From an uncultured Cytophagia bacterium (GTDB taxonomy: Bacteria; Zhuqueibacterota; Zhuqueibacteria; Thermofontimicrobiales; Thermofontimicrobiaceae), in the NCBI GenBank assembly GCA_964605145.1, contig CAZSBG010000006.1:28788-92787 (forward strand): 64,000 nt of DNA, written 5' to 3'. Below are positions 29,074-39,943 of this stretch, piece by piece. Positions within the stretch are counted from its first letter, which is position 1; each line of letters begins with the position of its first letter. The notes under the pieces were generated by a model. The model saw nothing but the letters and a program-made list of their open reading frames with translations. It searched no databases and had not been told where the DNA came from. Position numbers and translations under genes: made by a program.

Positions 29074-29210
29074 TCTTTATCCCCACCTGACATCTATCCG
29101 AAATGTACAATCAAATTTAAAAGGAAAGAGAGAAATATTTAAATTATAACACCGATGGATGTTTTTGCCTCCAAAAGCACCCATCGGTAAATGCTAAATT
29201 ACTATCTAAA

Positions 29211-30107
29211 TTATTTGGACCAACTACGTTCTGTCTGCTCAATTTTGCCATGGTTTGCGATTCTTCGATGACCGAAATAATATTTGACAAAATCGGATTT
29301 ATTTTGCTCAATATCTGTCGAATCTATTGGGCACTCAATATTAACGAATTTTATCGCAGATGTATCAATAACTGTGAGTTTGTATTCACGGTTCACCGTG
29401 GGACAATAAGTAAAATTATCCATCGTATAGAAGACAGCGCTGTCAATTTTTTCCGCCCAACTTTCGTTCAGGGAATAGAGAGAGTCTAATAACGAACCCG
29501 TGGGGACTTCCGGCATCATTCTGTGAAATACCAGTTTCAACGAGTCATCGTCCATCATTGGTTCGTAGATATCGATACCTGCGTATTCTTTATCCAATTG
29601 TTTTAGAATTACAACATCACTGCTATCGGTTGCTCTTTTTGCTGCGATAGAATCAGCCAATGGAGAAAACTCCAAACGGTTGAGCATAACTCGGGCCAGG
29701 TTTGAATCGTATTTTACGGCTTCAACAATGGCAAACATCAACGTGTCGGCAAACAAATTTCTAACGACCAAATCCGCAGCCTCGTCTTTATCTCTCAGAA
29801 ATTTAACCATTGTTTCCGCAAGTGTTGTATCTGCTCTAAAATAATCACGTACTGATTTTTTGGTTGTATCCTCTTTGAAAAATGAAACCAATCCCTGAAT
29901 GCTATCTGTATATGTATTATTATTATAACTCTGGTATACCAACTCTGCCTTTAAAAGTCTGTCCATATTATTACGGCAGGCTTTTGTTTGATTTTCTGTC
30001 TCCCTCCATATTTTTTTTGGATATAATATTGTTGCAATTAATGCGACAATCAGAATAACAATGAGTATTTCCAGGATAATAGAACCTTTTGCCTTTGCCT
30101 TTGCCAT
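29211..30107 (-). CDS. Type IV pilin-like protein (prepilin-type N-terminus), 298 aa
   Basis: The N-terminus MAKAKAKG|SIILEILIVILIVALIATI has a Gly cleavage site, Glu at +5 and a hydrophobic helix, which is the class III signal peptide pattern. It is followed by an amphipathic alpha1 extension. Confidence 0.55.
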   Translation of the reverse strand: MAKAKAKGSIILEILIVILIVALIATILYPKKIWRETENQTKACRNNMDRLLKAELVYQSYNNNTYTDSIQGLVSFFKEDTTKKSVRDYFRADTTLAETMVKFLRDKDEAADLVVRNLFADTLMFAIVEAVKYDSNLARVMLNRLEFSPLADSIAAKRATDSSDVVILKQLDKEYAGIDIYEPMMDDDSLKLVFHRMMPEVPTGSLLDSLYSLNESWAEKIDSAVFYTMDNFTYCPTVNREYKLTVIDTSAIKFVNIECPIDSTDIEQNKSDFVKYYFGHRRIANHGKIEQTERSWSK

Positions 30108-30153
30108 TTTCCCTCCTTAAGCCTACTATTTATTAATGATTTAATAACCAAAC

Positions 30154-30642
30154 TTAATTTTGTTTGGAACTTATAAAAATATATGGTTTGATTGAATTTA
30201 ATTTTTTTATTCCGATCCCCTTGACTTCACGAATTTCATCCAGCGTCCTGAATTGACCATATTCACTTCGATAATCTATAATCCGTTGTGCCAATACTGG
30301 GCCGATGTAGGGAAGCCTGATTAAATCTTCTAATTGTGCCGTATTAATATTGATCGATGCTTTCGCTAACCGATTTTCTTTTGGTTTATCCGACTTTGAA
30401 TTACCTGAATTTGCCTTTTTTGATGTGATTTCATTTTTCACATCATTGGTCAAAAGCGAATCTATAAGAGCTGCTTTTTCCGCGATCTTATCTCCAGTTT
30501 GTTCTAATTTTTCTCTATTTGAGTTTACTTCGGCACTTGATCCATAATAAACTCGATAAATTTTCGCCCCGGTTCCGAAAAGGATTCCACCCAATAAGAA
30601 AATTATGAAAAGTTTTTCCTGTTTTGTAAAAAAATCTTTCAT
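30154..30642 (-). CDS. comEA: ComEA-like helix-hairpin-helix DNA-binding competence protein
   Basis: N-terminal TM, C-terminal tandem HhH ([29 protein letters not shown]...[25 protein letters not shown]). Confidence 0.8.
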   Translation of the reverse strand: MKDFFTKQEKLFIIFLLGGILFGTGAKIYRVYYGSSAEVNSNREKLEQTGDKIAEKAALIDSLLTNDVKNEITSKKANSGNSKSDKPKENRLAKASININTAQLEDLIRLPYIGPVLAQRIIDYRSEYGQFRTLDEIREVKGIGIKKLNSIKPYIFISSKQN

Positions 30643-31778
30643 TCAAAAAGGGCTTCTTTTACCTTTCTAAAAAAACTTTTATCTTCAGCCGGTGGTTTAA
30701 TGGCTTCACTTTCAGCTAACTCAGCGAACATTTTCTTTTCTTTGTCAGATAATTTTATAGGCGTCCACACCATAACCCTGACCAACTGATCGCCCCGGCC
30801 ATTATGATTCAGATGCTGAATGCCTTTCCCTTTCATTCTTAAAATTTTTCCTGACTGAGTCCCGGGAACAATATGAAGTTTCGCCTTGCCATTCAAGGTT
30901 GGAACTTCAACCTGATCCCCAAGGGCAACCTGACTGAAGCTCAGATATAAGTCGTACAAGATATCATCACCATGACGCTCAAAAAACTCATGTTCGGCTT
31001 CATCGATTAATATAATTGCGTTCCCAGCCGGACCACCCCGTGGACCGCTGTGTCCTTCACCTCTTAATGTGATATAATTCCCTGAAGAAACCCCGGCAGG
31101 AATATTCACTGAAATTGTCGCATTGGTTTTCACTCTTCCTTCGCCAGAACACTCGGGACAGGGATCTTTTATTATTCTCCCCTCTCCGCCACATTGAGAG
31201 CATGTTGTTACGTTGATGAATTGACCAAAAATAGTTTTCGATACCTGCCGAACCTCGCCGGTGCCATGACATATCGGGCATTCCGTTGGCGAGCTTCCCC
31301 TTTTTACGCCAGAACCTTCACAGATTTCACAGCTTGTGTATCGTTTAAGTTTTATCTTCTTGGTCGTTCCTGATGCAATTTCTTCGTAGGTTAATTTCAG
31401 ATTAATTTGAAGATCCGGGCCTTTTGTTCGCGTCCTGCGTGAACGCCCCTGACCTGCATTTCCAAAGAAATCTCCGAACCCAAATCCTTCTGACATGAAT
31501 GTTTTCAGTGCATCTGCCAGATCAAATTCAAAACCGCCAAAACTGCTGAAGTCTCCCTTTAATCCTGAATGCCCAAATTGATCATATCGTCGACGCTTTT
31601 CAGGGTCTTTTAAGACTTCATATGCCTCTGAAACTTCTTTAAATTTTTCTTCTGATTTTGTATCTCCCTGATTTTTATCAGGGTGATACTGCATGGCCAA
31701 TTTACGATACGCTTTTTTTATGTCGTTTGGATCTGCACTTCGTGAAATACCCAATACTTCGTAATAATCACTCGCCAT
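30639..31778 (-). CDS. dnaJ: Molecular chaperone DnaJ
   Basis: J-domain with HPD (YHPDKN), G/F region, four CxxCxGxG zinc-finger repeats. Confidence 0.95.
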   Translation of the reverse strand: MASDYYEVLGISRSADPNDIKKAYRKLAMQYHPDKNQGDTKSEEKFKEVSEAYEVLKDPEKRRRYDQFGHSGLKGDFSSFGGFEFDLADALKTFMSEGFGFGDFFGNAGQGRSRRTRTKGPDLQINLKLTYEEIASGTTKKIKLKRYTSCEICEGSGVKRGSSPTECPICHGTGEVRQVSKTIFGQFINVTTCSQCGGEGRIIKDPCPECSGEGRVKTNATISVNIPAGVSSGNYITLRGEGHSGPRGGPAGNAIILIDEAEHEFFERHGDDILYDLYLSFSQVALGDQVEVPTLNGKAKLHIVPGTQSGKILRMKGKGIQHLNHNGRGDQLVRVMVWTPIKLSDKEKKMFAELAESEAIKPPAEDKSFFRKVKEALFE

Positions 31779-31822
31779 AACTACACACTCGTTCCCTTAC
31801 CATTTATCTTGCATTGAAGTAT

Positions 31823-32398
31823 TCATTTATTGACTATAACCTTGGAATATCTGAGGACTTTATCTTTCAATAAGTAGCCTTTTTCCGCCTCGTTTAGCAC
31901 ACAATTCGATGGTTGATCTTTATCTTCCATCTGCATTAAGGCTTCGTGATATTCAGGATTGAATGGCTTTCCGACTGCCTCGATTGGCTCCACTCCCTGA
32001 CTTTTTAACGTTGACATTAATTTTTGATAGATGAGTTCAATGCCCTCTTTAAAGGAAGTATAGTTTTTTTTCTTTGTATCCGATTCTGAATTTAATGATC
32101 GCTCCAAATCATCCAGAACCGGAAGTAACCCAAGACAGAACTCTTTATTTGCACTTTGGATAATATTGCCAATATCTCGTTCAGATCTCTTTTTGTAATT
32201 ATCGAACTCTGCGACAAGTCTTACATATTTATCTTTTAGCTCATTCAATTCCGTCTTTAACTTTTCATTTTCCTTCTTTAACGCATCTGACTGAGTCGGT
32301 TTTTTTGTTGATTTCTTTGTCGCCGTTTTTGAACGCGATGTTTTTTTTGACTTGGTTTCTTTCTTTTTTCCTTTTTGACTCTTTTCTTCTTCCGCCAT
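31823..32398 (-). CDS. grpE: Nucleotide exchange factor GrpE
   Basis: LKDKYVRLVAEFDNYKKRSERD core motif, lysine-rich N-terminus. Confidence 0.9.
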   Translation of the reverse strand: MAEEEKSQKGKKKETKSKKTSRSKTATKKSTKKPTQSDALKKENEKLKTELNELKDKYVRLVAEFDNYKKRSERDIGNIIQSANKEFCLGLLPVLDDLERSLNSESDTKKKNYTSFKEGIELIYQKLMSTLKSQGVEPIEAVGKPFNPEYHEALMQMEDKDQPSNCVLNEAEKGYLLKDKVLRYSKVIVNK

Positions 32399-32434
32399 TG
32401 ACTACACAACTCTCCTTAGAAATTTTTCGCTATA

Positions 32435-33466
32435 TCATGAGAATAGATTCCCCAGAGTCTTTGTCAGATAATCGACAAGACTGGTTACCTTTTCGTACTT
32501 CATTCGTGTTGGGCCAATTATACCCAATGTGCCGGTGACATCGCCAATTTTATAGTCTGCAGTGATCAAACTACATTTATTGACAATTTTTTCTTTGTTC
32601 TCATTTCCTATCGTAATTGAAATATTTTCATCCTGAATTTTCGTATTGTTTATAATGTGAATTAAAACTTTTTGATTATCAATCAGTTCCAAAATTCTGC
32701 CGATTCTTTCCTGATCTGAAAATTCAGGTTGAGATAAAATATTTTGCGTCCCTCTAAAGTGGACATGATCATTTTGTACTGAAAAAATTTTATCGGCTGA
32801 CTCAGCAAGTTGAAAAATCAGTTCCTCGTCACCATACGTGACATCTTTCATTCTTTTCTTGATGGATTCTCGAATTTGCCGAAGGGACAATCCGGATAAT
32901 CGTTCATTCAAAACCAAAGCTGTCTGCTCGAGCTTGTTCCTGGGAATAGTTGAATTAATTTCCATCATTACTGTTTTCACCAGGCCTGAAGATATGGAAA
33001 TTATCACAAGTAATTTGGTTTCGCTCAAACTGATCAGTTCTAACTTTTTGAATTTTCCCTGGTAAAACCTTGGTGTGAGAATTATTCCAAACTGGTTTGA
33101 AATTTTTGACAAAACTTCACAGGATTTTTCGAGTATTGCTTCGACATCTTCATTATTAACAGGATTTAGACCATAATCTATTTCTTTTCTTTCTTCCCGA
33201 GTTAGAGATTCTATCATCATCAAATCATCGACATAATACCTGTAACCTAAATCCGTTGGTATTCTGCCTGCTGATGTATGCGGTTGAGAAACCAAACCTT
33301 TGTCTTCCAAATCTATCATAACATTGCGAATAGTGGCAGCGCTGATTTGATTATTGTGAATTTTGGACAGGTATCTCGATCCAACAGGAGCAGCACTATC
33401 CACAAAAGTCGTTATTAACGACTTCAAAATCATGCTTTCACGAGTTGTCAGTACCGGTTCCTTCAT
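32435..33466 (-). CDS. hrcA: Heat-inducible transcription repressor HrcA
   Basis: LTTRESMILKSLITTFVDSAAPVGSRYLSK N-terminal winged HTH. The operon order hrcA-grpE-dnaJ is preserved. Confidence 0.9.
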   Translation of the reverse strand: MKEPVLTTRESMILKSLITTFVDSAAPVGSRYLSKIHNNQISAATIRNVMIDLEDKGLVSQPHTSAGRIPTDLGYRYYVDDLMMIESLTREERKEIDYGLNPVNNEDVEAILEKSCEVLSKISNQFGIILTPRFYQGKFKKLELISLSETKLLVIISISSGLVKTVMMEINSTIPRNKLEQTALVLNERLSGLSLRQIRESIKKRMKDVTYGDEELIFQLAESADKIFSVQNDHVHFRGTQNILSQPEFSDQERIGRILELIDNQKVLIHIINNTKIQDENISITIGNENKEKIVNKCSLITADYKIGDVTGTLGIIGPTRMKYEKVTSLVDYLTKTLGNLFS

Positions 33467-33539
33467 TTCAATTCAACCTAACCAATAATTACCAGATTAT
33501 TCGTTTTTTTTATCTCTAACAAGATGTTATTTTGATGCA

Positions 33540-33575
33540 ATTTGAAGATAATAATTTTTAACTCTTTTGTCAAGT
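33540..33575 (-). promoter_or_regulatory. Candidate sigma-70-type promoter for hrcA (TTGACA -35 with an AT-rich -10 region)
   Basis: - strand TTGACAaaagagttaaaaattatTATCTT, about 100 nt upstream of the hrcA ATG. No CIRCE inverted repeat (TTAGCACTC-N9-GAGTGCTAA) was found. Confidence 0.3.
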
Positions 33576-33689
33576 AAAATTTCCTGCCGAAAAAAATCAG
33601 ACGACACCGAATCTTTACCTCAATACTTTGAAAGATTTCAGAATATTATAATGATTTTATAGATCAATTTTTTTTATTAGACGAAACAG

Positions 33690-34550
33690 TTAATATTTCA
33701 TAAATTTTCTCAGAGCAAACTTACTGCCAATCAGACCCCACAACAAGCCAACAATTATCAAAATAGGATAGTTTTTTTGATCAATCAATATCAGGCCGGG
33801 TATTTCAAAATCAATGAGACGGAAAATTAAATAGAAAAACAATGCAGCCAGGGCACCGCCGATAATTCCCTGGATTACTCCCTCAATAATAAAGGGGCGA
33901 CGAATAAATCGTCCCGTTGCTCCCACCAGCTTCATAATTTCGATGATTGTTTTTCTCGAAAAAATAATTAATTTTATGGTATTTGAAACAAGAAAAATTG
34001 AACCAATTCCAAGTAAAACTCCCATAGCAAAAATGATTATAATGAACAAACGAATATATTTCTCCAAGAGTATAATCAAATCGCGCCGATACAAAGCTTC
34101 ATCTACCCCTTCGAGCTCGGAAATTTTTTCAAATATGAATTGCGCTTTTTCCGCCGATCGAAATTGCGGTTTCAATTTTATTTGAAAAGACGCAGGCAAA
34201 GGATTTTCTTCCAGAATTTCAAACACATCCTGTCCAAATTGTTCTTCAAAAATCTTCGCTGCTTCCTGGTTGGAAATGTACAGTACGCTTTCCACGCCTT
34301 CAATCTGAAATATTTCCTGCCTCAGTGCATCAATTTTTTCGAGTGTGTAGGAATTGTCGATAAACACTTCTAATTCTACTCTGGATTGAATTTGTTGAAT
34401 CAGCCTCTGAATATTAAAAATGAAAATGATAAAAATTCCGATAAGAACCAGAGACAGAAAGATGGTTGAAATTGAAACGAATGCAGAAAATTTGGCTCTC
34501 CGCAGTCCCCGAAATCCCTCGGCTATTGAATATAGATATCCTCTGTACAC
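33690..34550 (-). CDS. ftsX: Cell division permease FtsX
   Basis: Four TM segments with a large periplasmic loop; adjacent to ftsE. Confidence 0.85.
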   Translation of the reverse strand: MYRGYLYSIAEGFRGLRRAKFSAFVSISTIFLSLVLIGIFIIFIFNIQRLIQQIQSRVELEVFIDNSYTLEKIDALRQEIFQIEGVESVLYISNQEAAKIFEEQFGQDVFEILEENPLPASFQIKLKPQFRSAEKAQFIFEKISELEGVDEALYRRDLIILLEKYIRLFIIIIFAMGVLLGIGSIFLVSNTIKLIIFSRKTIIEIMKLVGATGRFIRRPFIIEGVIQGIIGGALAALFFYLIFRLIDFEIPGLILIDQKNYPILIIVGLLWGLIGSKFALRKFMKY

Positions 34551-35198
34551 TTATTTGGTTCTTCCCTTTTCAATTTTAATCACTTTTCTTCTTGAACTGG
34601 CAACCAGCCGATAATCGTGAGTGGCCATTAACACTGCCGTTCCTTTAGAATTGATTTTTTCCAATAGTTCCATTATATCGTGAGAAGCCTCAGGATCCAG
34701 ATTCCCGGTGGGTTCATCTGCCAATAAAACAATGGGTTCATTCACTAATGCTCTGGCAATTGCCACTCGTTGCTGTTCGCCGCCGGATAATTGCAGCGGT
34801 AATTTTTCGCGTTTATGACTCAGTCCAACCTCGGCCAGCACTCTCAACACCTTCTTTTTTATATCCCGTTTTCTCGTATTGGTCACATAAAGAGAAAAAG
34901 CAACATTGTCGAAAACAGTTCTATCGGTGAGTAATTTGAAGTCCTGAAAAATAATACCTATCTTTCTCCTTAAATATGGAATGTGCTTTTTCTTCATGTT
35001 CAGAGAATTATAGCTGTTTACCCGGACAAAACCGGATTCAGGAAAAATGTCCATGTAAATGACTTTTAAAACACTGCTTTTTCCAGCGCCGCTCGAACCA
35101 ACCAAATAGACAAATTCTCCAGGCTCGACTGAAAAATTCACCAATTCCAAACCATCTCCGCCCGGGTACATGGCGACAACATTGGATAACTGAATCAT
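34551..35198 (-). CDS. ftsE: Cell division ATP-binding protein FtsE
   Basis: Walker [13 protein letters not shown] signature [15 protein letters not shown], Walker [12 protein letters not shown]. Confidence 0.9.
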   Translation of the reverse strand: MIQLSNVVAMYPGGDGLELVNFSVEPGEFVYLVGSSGAGKSSVLKVIYMDIFPESGFVRVNSYNSLNMKKKHIPYLRRKIGIIFQDFKLLTDRTVFDNVAFSLYVTNTRKRDIKKKVLRVLAEVGLSHKREKLPLQLSGGEQQRVAIARALVNEPIVLLADEPTGNLDPEASHDIMELLEKINSKGTAVLMATHDYRLVASSRRKVIKIEKGRTK

Positions 35199-35201
35199 AA
35201 T

Positions 35202-35972
35202 TTATTCTTTTTTTAAGACGAAGTGAATTCTGTACGATTTTTCGCTTCCCTGTCGAAATGAAAATCCATCATAAAATCCAGCAAGACTGAAATTTGAATC
35301 TTCTATCAAACTCAAAATCTCATTTATTGCATAGATCTTCTGCTTATGCATCTCGATGTACTTTTTATCTTCTGAATCGAAAATTATTTCGAATCGATTG
35401 CAGTGTATCTTTTTCTTTTTGTTATAGGTACTATGACGGGTATACGAATAATTCTTTCCACCGATTTGTTCAAAATAATTCAAAAAATAATCAATTGAAT
35501 TTCTCGCAGTGCATATATCAAATATGAAAATTCCCTGATCTGATAAATTCTGCCACACAACATTGAACAGATTAGCAATTTCTTCAGGCTTGTGTAAATA
35601 GTTGATGCTGTCATAAATACAAATGACCACATCTGCGCTTTGTTTCAATTGAAATGACTGCATGTTGCTCTGCCAAACATCTATGATGGCAGATTTATTT
35701 TCGATTTTCTCCTTTGCATTCTTTATCATTTCAAATGAAAGATCAAATCCGAAAAGGCGATAATTATATCTTTTTAAATTGAATAAGATACTCCCGGTTC
35801 CACAGGAAATATCCACAACTTTGTGAGCAGCCGAATTCCACCTTTTAATGATTTTGTTAATATACTCTGCCCAATGTTTATAATCAACATGGGACATGAC
35901 TTCATCATAGATTTCAGCTAATCTGGAGTAGGGCTCAACAATTTTTTCTTTTTTGGGCAAGGTGCTTGCCAA
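35202..35972 (-). CDS. Class I SAM-dependent methyltransferase
   Basis: VVDISCGTGS motif I with surrounding Rossmann-fold pattern. It overlaps pdxA by 38 nt. Confidence 0.7.
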   Translation of the reverse strand: MASTLPKKEKIVEPYSRLAEIYDEVMSHVDYKHWAEYINKIIKRWNSAAHKVVDISCGTGSILFNLKRYNYRLFGFDLSFEMIKNAKEKIENKSAIIDVWQSNMQSFQLKQSADVVICIYDSINYLHKPEEIANLFNVVWQNLSDQGIFIFDICTARNSIDYFLNYFEQIGGKNYSYTRHSTYNKKKKIHCNRFEIIFDSEDKKYIEMHKQKIYAINEILSLIEDSNFSLAGFYDGFSFRQGSEKSYRIHFVLKKE

Positions 35973-36948
35973 GTTTTATTGCCTCCAACATACTATCTGA
36001 TTTTGCGATAAATTTACCTGCAATATCAAAAGCAGTTCCATGATCCGGTGATGTTCGGATAATCGGTAATCCTGCGGTGAAATTTACTCCTCGACCCGCA
36101 GATTGCATTTTTAAAGGTATCAATCCCTGGTCATGATACATCGCCAGATAACCATCATATTTTTCCATTTCGAATCTTGAAAAAAGCGTGTCTGCCGGAA
36201 AAGGTCCCCGAACATTCAGTCCGGCTAACTGCGCATCCTTGATGGCCGGGACGATATATTTCTCTTCCTCAAATCCAAATGCGCCTCCATCACTAGCGTG
36301 AGGATTCAGGGCTGTAACCGCTATTAACGGTTCTCCAATTCCAAAATCTTTACAAAGGCTTTCTTCCAATATTTTTATTTTGAAAAGGACTCTGTCAGAA
36401 GTCAATTTATCGGATACCTCTGAAATCGCGCAATGGGTCGTCACAAGCGAAACCCTGAAATCATCCACCAGCAGCATCATCAAAAATTTTTCTGATCGGG
36501 TTAATTTCGCCAGCATTTCGGTTTGCCCTGGAAAATGGTATCCTGCCATCATCAGCGCTTCCTTTGATATTGGCGAAGTCACCATACAGTCTATTTTACC
36601 GTCGATCGCCAGTTGCACTGCTTTCTCGATGCATTTTCCGGCACACAGGCCTGCATGCTTTGAAAGCGCTCCGAATTCAACTCGGATATCTTCATTTTTA
36701 AAAATATCAAACAAATAAATGTTATTCGGCTGAATTATATGTTCATCAATACGGTCGATTAGGTCGTAAACGACAGTTGAATTGATTATTCCATTTACTT
36801 GATCAAAAACCTGCTGCGCACCGATGAGTATCACAGCAGAATTCTCGTTTGAAAATTCCCCAAGCGATTTAAGAACGATTTCAGGCCCAATACCATTGTA
36901 ATCCCCCATTGTGATTCCGATTACAATATGATCTTTTACATCACGCAT
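35935..36948 (-). CDS. pdxA: 4-hydroxythreonine-4-phosphate dehydrogenase PdxA
   Basis: IGITMGDYNGIGPEI, VTSPISKEAL, ALNPHASDGGAFG motifs. Confidence 0.9.
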   Translation of the reverse strand: MRDVKDHIVIGITMGDYNGIGPEIVLKSLGEFSNENSAVILIGAQQVFDQVNGIINSTVVYDLIDRIDEHIIQPNNIYLFDIFKNEDIRVEFGALSKHAGLCAGKCIEKAVQLAIDGKIDCMVTSPISKEALMMAGYHFPGQTEMLAKLTRSEKFLMMLLVDDFRVSLVTTHCAISEVSDKLTSDRVLFKIKILEESLCKDFGIGEPLIAVTALNPHASDGGAFGFEEEKYIVPAIKDAQLAGLNVRGPFPADTLFSRFEMEKYDGYLAMYHDQGLIPLKMQSAGRGVNFTAGLPIIRTSPDHGTAFDIAGKFIAKSDSMLEAIKLGKHLAQKRKNC

Positions 36949-38128
36949 AACTAATTGTTCCTAATATCGCGGGTCTTTTTGCTCCGGTAACTGATGACAC
37001 ATTAGCGGGATTTCCTGAAATCGTTTCATTCGCCAACACAGCAAAACAAATTGCTTCCTTTGCATCAGAAGAAATTCCAAAATCGTCGGTTGATAGTATT
37101 TTGCTGTGATTAAATTTTTCTTTGAGAGAAGCCATAATGACTTTGTTGTGAACGCCGCCACCACTGACAATTAATTCATCAACATCGCTGATATCCAAGG
37201 AAGAATATTTCAACGCATCAGCGATGGACCATGAGGTCAGTTCTGTGACTGTTGCGATGATATCCTCTTTCGTCAGCCGAAGTTTGCCCGCCTTTTTTAA
37301 AATTTCACTGACGAAGACGTCACCGAATTTCTCTCTTCCGGTGGATTTGGGAATTGATTTTTCAAAATAGGGATGTTTCTTCAAATTTTCTAATAACTGA
37401 TTCGAAACCTTTCCACTCAAAGCAATTTTCCCTGATTCATCAAACTCTTTATCAAACAGATTTTTCATAAGTGAATTGATGACCATATTGCCGGGCCCGG
37501 TATCATACGCAATTACTGAATTCCGACTGCAATTTCTTTTTAACACCGTAAAATTTGAAATACCGCCAATATTTAATATCACCCGGTTTTTTTGATTTGA
37601 TTGAAAAACCAAATAATCAAAATAGGGAATCAATGGCGCGCCCTGACCGCCTACTGCCATGTCAGCGCTGCGAAAATTAGCAACGGTTAAAATTCCGGTA
37701 CGATTCGCAATGACGGCTGGCTCTCCTATCTGAAGCGTTGAACCAATGAACTTATTGTACACTTTTGTTCTATTTGGTAAGTGATGAATCGTTTGCCCGT
37801 GCGATCCAATGAGGTCTAGATTTGCAGGATCGATGTCCCCCTGTCTGCAAATTTCCAGTGCAGCGTCTGAAAAGTATTCGCCGACGACAAAATTCAACGT
37901 GCATATTTGTTCAACAGAACCAGCTCCGACCTGAGAAATTTGTAATAATTTGTCCCGTAAATCTGCCGGATACTCGTAAGTCATGAAATGCAGCAAATCA
38001 ACGTTCGTTTTCTCACCATTCCCTCGAAGTCGAACCAGAGCTGCGTCAATGCCATCCATGGACGTGCCTGACATCAGTCCAATAGTTAATATTTCTTTTT
38101 TATGGAGAATCTGAGCAAATTTGGACAC
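36941..38128 (-). CDS. anmK: Anhydro-N-acetylmuramic acid kinase
   Basis: IGLMSGTSMDGIDAALV N-terminal motif, ~395 aa, actin-like ATPase fold pattern. Confidence 0.9.
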   Translation of the reverse strand: MSKFAQILHKKEILTIGLMSGTSMDGIDAALVRLRGNGEKTNVDLLHFMTYEYPADLRDKLLQISQVGAGSVEQICTLNFVVGEYFSDAALEICRQGDIDPANLDLIGSHGQTIHHLPNRTKVYNKFIGSTLQIGEPAVIANRTGILTVANFRSADMAVGGQGAPLIPYFDYLVFQSNQKNRVILNIGGISNFTVLKRNCSRNSVIAYDTGPGNMVINSLMKNLFDKEFDESGKIALSGKVSNQLLENLKKHPYFEKSIPKSTGREKFGDVFVSEILKKAGKLRLTKEDIIATVTELTSWSIADALKYSSLDISDVDELIVSGGGVHNKVIMASLKEKFNHSKILSTDDFGISSDAKEAICFAVLANETISGNPANVSSVTGAKRPAILGTISYA

Positions 38129-38140
38129 AGGACTTTCCGA

Positions 38141-39124
38141 TTATCTTTGAATAGAATTTTCTAAATTGTCTAATAATTGTTCATTTATTTCAACGCCACT
38201 TTTCTGCAGGGCCATTAATGCGGCGCCAAATTCCGGATTAAAAAGGGGATCTGAAATTTCAACATTCCACGAAATTTCATACAACTCTTTAGAAATATCA
38301 TTCATCAACATTTCTTTTTGTTTAAAAATGCTACCGATGAGAGCCACCCGAATTTCTTCATTTGAAAAATTCAATTTTTCAGCCACAGCTTTTGCCAGTT
38401 TTCCAAGTTCTCTTCCTGTCTGCCGAATAATTTCTTCCGAAACAGTATCGCCTTTATTTGCATAATCAAAAACAATTGGTGCTAATTGGGCAATGCCGAT
38501 TCGATCAATTTTGTTTTGATAAATCTGGGGAATGATTAATTCGATAGACTGCAAATTGAAATGCTTTTCTAATGCCGTCCGCAAATCTGTTTTATCTCCG
38601 CGTCCATCGAAATGCTTCAGTGCTGACATGATGGCTTTTCTTCCGATATAATATCCGCTTCCTTCATCACCTAACAGATATCCCCATCCACCGGAGCGCA
38701 CGACTTTTCCCTCATCGTTTTTTCCGAAACAAATTGCTCCGGTTCCGGAAATAATGATAATCCCCGGCGCGGTGCCAAAAGCGCCTGATAACGCCACTAT
38801 GGCATCGCTGTCCACAGTAATTTTCCCTTGAAATTCTGTATCATCAAACAGCGCTTTAATTTCTTTTCGATCACTTTCTCTGCCAGCGCCGGCCAGTCCC
38901 AAAAATATGTGATCAATTTTTTGATCGGTGACGTTCGTTGTTTTCATCAGTTCAGAGAAACCAGTGAGTAAATTCTCTTTCAGTTTTTCGCCTCCGATTG
39001 CCTGGTAATTCGAACTCCCCACTTTGGCTCTTCCGATGTAATTCCCCAACATATCTATTAGCACCAATTCCGACTTGGTGCCGCCACCATCTACTCCAAT
39101 TACGAAATGACTCATTACCTGCAT
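38141..39124 (-). CDS. BadF/BadG/BcrA/BcrD-type ATPase, likely N-acetylglucosamine/N-acetylmuramic acid kinase (MurK-like)
   Basis: VIGVDGGGTKSELVL N-terminus and ISGTGAI motif. It is adjacent to anmK, which suggests a role in peptidoglycan recycling. Confidence 0.7.
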   Translation of the reverse strand: MQVMSHFVIGVDGGGTKSELVLIDMLGNYIGRAKVGSSNYQAIGGEKLKENLLTGFSELMKTTNVTDQKIDHIFLGLAGAGRESDRKEIKALFDDTEFQGKITVDSDAIVALSGAFGTAPGIIIISGTGAICFGKNDEGKVVRSGGWGYLLGDEGSGYYIGRKAIMSALKHFDGRGDKTDLRTALEKHFNLQSIELIIPQIYQNKIDRIGIAQLAPIVFDYANKGDTVSEEIIRQTGRELGKLAKAVAEKLNFSNEEIRVALIGSIFKQKEMLMNDISKELYEISWNVEISDPLFNPEFGAALMALQKSGVEINEQLLDNLENSIQR

Positions 39125-39172
39125 CCTTCCTTAAATATGTAAGCATTTATTTAAATATTAGCTTAATTACGT

Positions 39173-39784
39173 TTAGTACATTGAATTGTCGAATAATCTG
39201 ATGTGTTTCAACTTCATTGTAAGCAAACCTGCCAGTAAAACTTTGATCAAATCCAGGGGAATGAAAACGAAAAATGCTGTTTTCAACGCATTGCCCCAAT
39301 TTAACGATGAGGTCATTTCTTCAACCCGGAGATACAGTCCAAATTTAATATTGAAATACAAATAACTCAGTCCACAAATAAAAATTACAAAAATGCCGAT
39401 AATATCTGAAATAATGATCCCGACAAAATACTTAGTTCTCGATATGTGAAATGAAATTTTTGAGTCGATTTTTTTGATGAGTAAACCAATGAAAAACGCA
39501 CAGAGCGGGTATCCCAAAAGATAACCAAAAGACGGTTGAAAAATGTAAGCCGGTCCGCCGCCGTAAGCAAAAATTGGTATTCCCACAAGCCCCAACATCA
39601 CATATAAAAGTTGACTTATTGATCCAAATTTATAGCCGAGTAAATTACCGGCCATTAAAACAATAAATGTCTGCAAAGTGATGGGAACATGTGGTAAAGG
39701 TATTTTCATAAATGCGCCAACTGCTGTCAACGCAGTGAAAAAACTGACCAAAATAATTTTCTGATTTTTGGAAGCAATGCCCAT
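39173..39784 (-). CDS. bioY: Biotin transporter BioY
   Basis: Six-TM ~200-aa protein with the BioY-family N-terminus (ALTAVGAFMKIPLP.VPITLQTF.VLMAG.LLG). Confidence 0.85.
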   Translation of the reverse strand: MGIASKNQKIILVSFFTALTAVGAFMKIPLPHVPITLQTFIVLMAGNLLGYKFGSISQLLYVMLGLVGIPIFAYGGGPAYIFQPSFGYLLGYPLCAFFIGLLIKKIDSKISFHISRTKYFVGIIISDIIGIFVIFICGLSYLYFNIKFGLYLRVEEMTSSLNWGNALKTAFFVFIPLDLIKVLLAGLLTMKLKHIRLFDNSMY

Positions 39785-39943
39785 ATTTTCATCGTATTAA
39801 ATTGAAATTACTACAAATATACTAAATAAAATTATCAAAGTCAATTCCATTTTTATAACCTCAACATATTTTGAACTTTATTGCATTTTTTTACGTTTAA
39901 TTTTGGTAACCAAATACATGTGTATAGTTGACAATTCAGCGAT

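Noticed and set aside
33467-33689. Searched for a CIRCE element (TTAGCACTC-N9-GAGTGCTAA) upstream of hrcA
   Set aside because: No match or near-match is present. Only a sigma-70-like TTGACA promoter candidate was found, so HrcA may act at another locus such as groESL.
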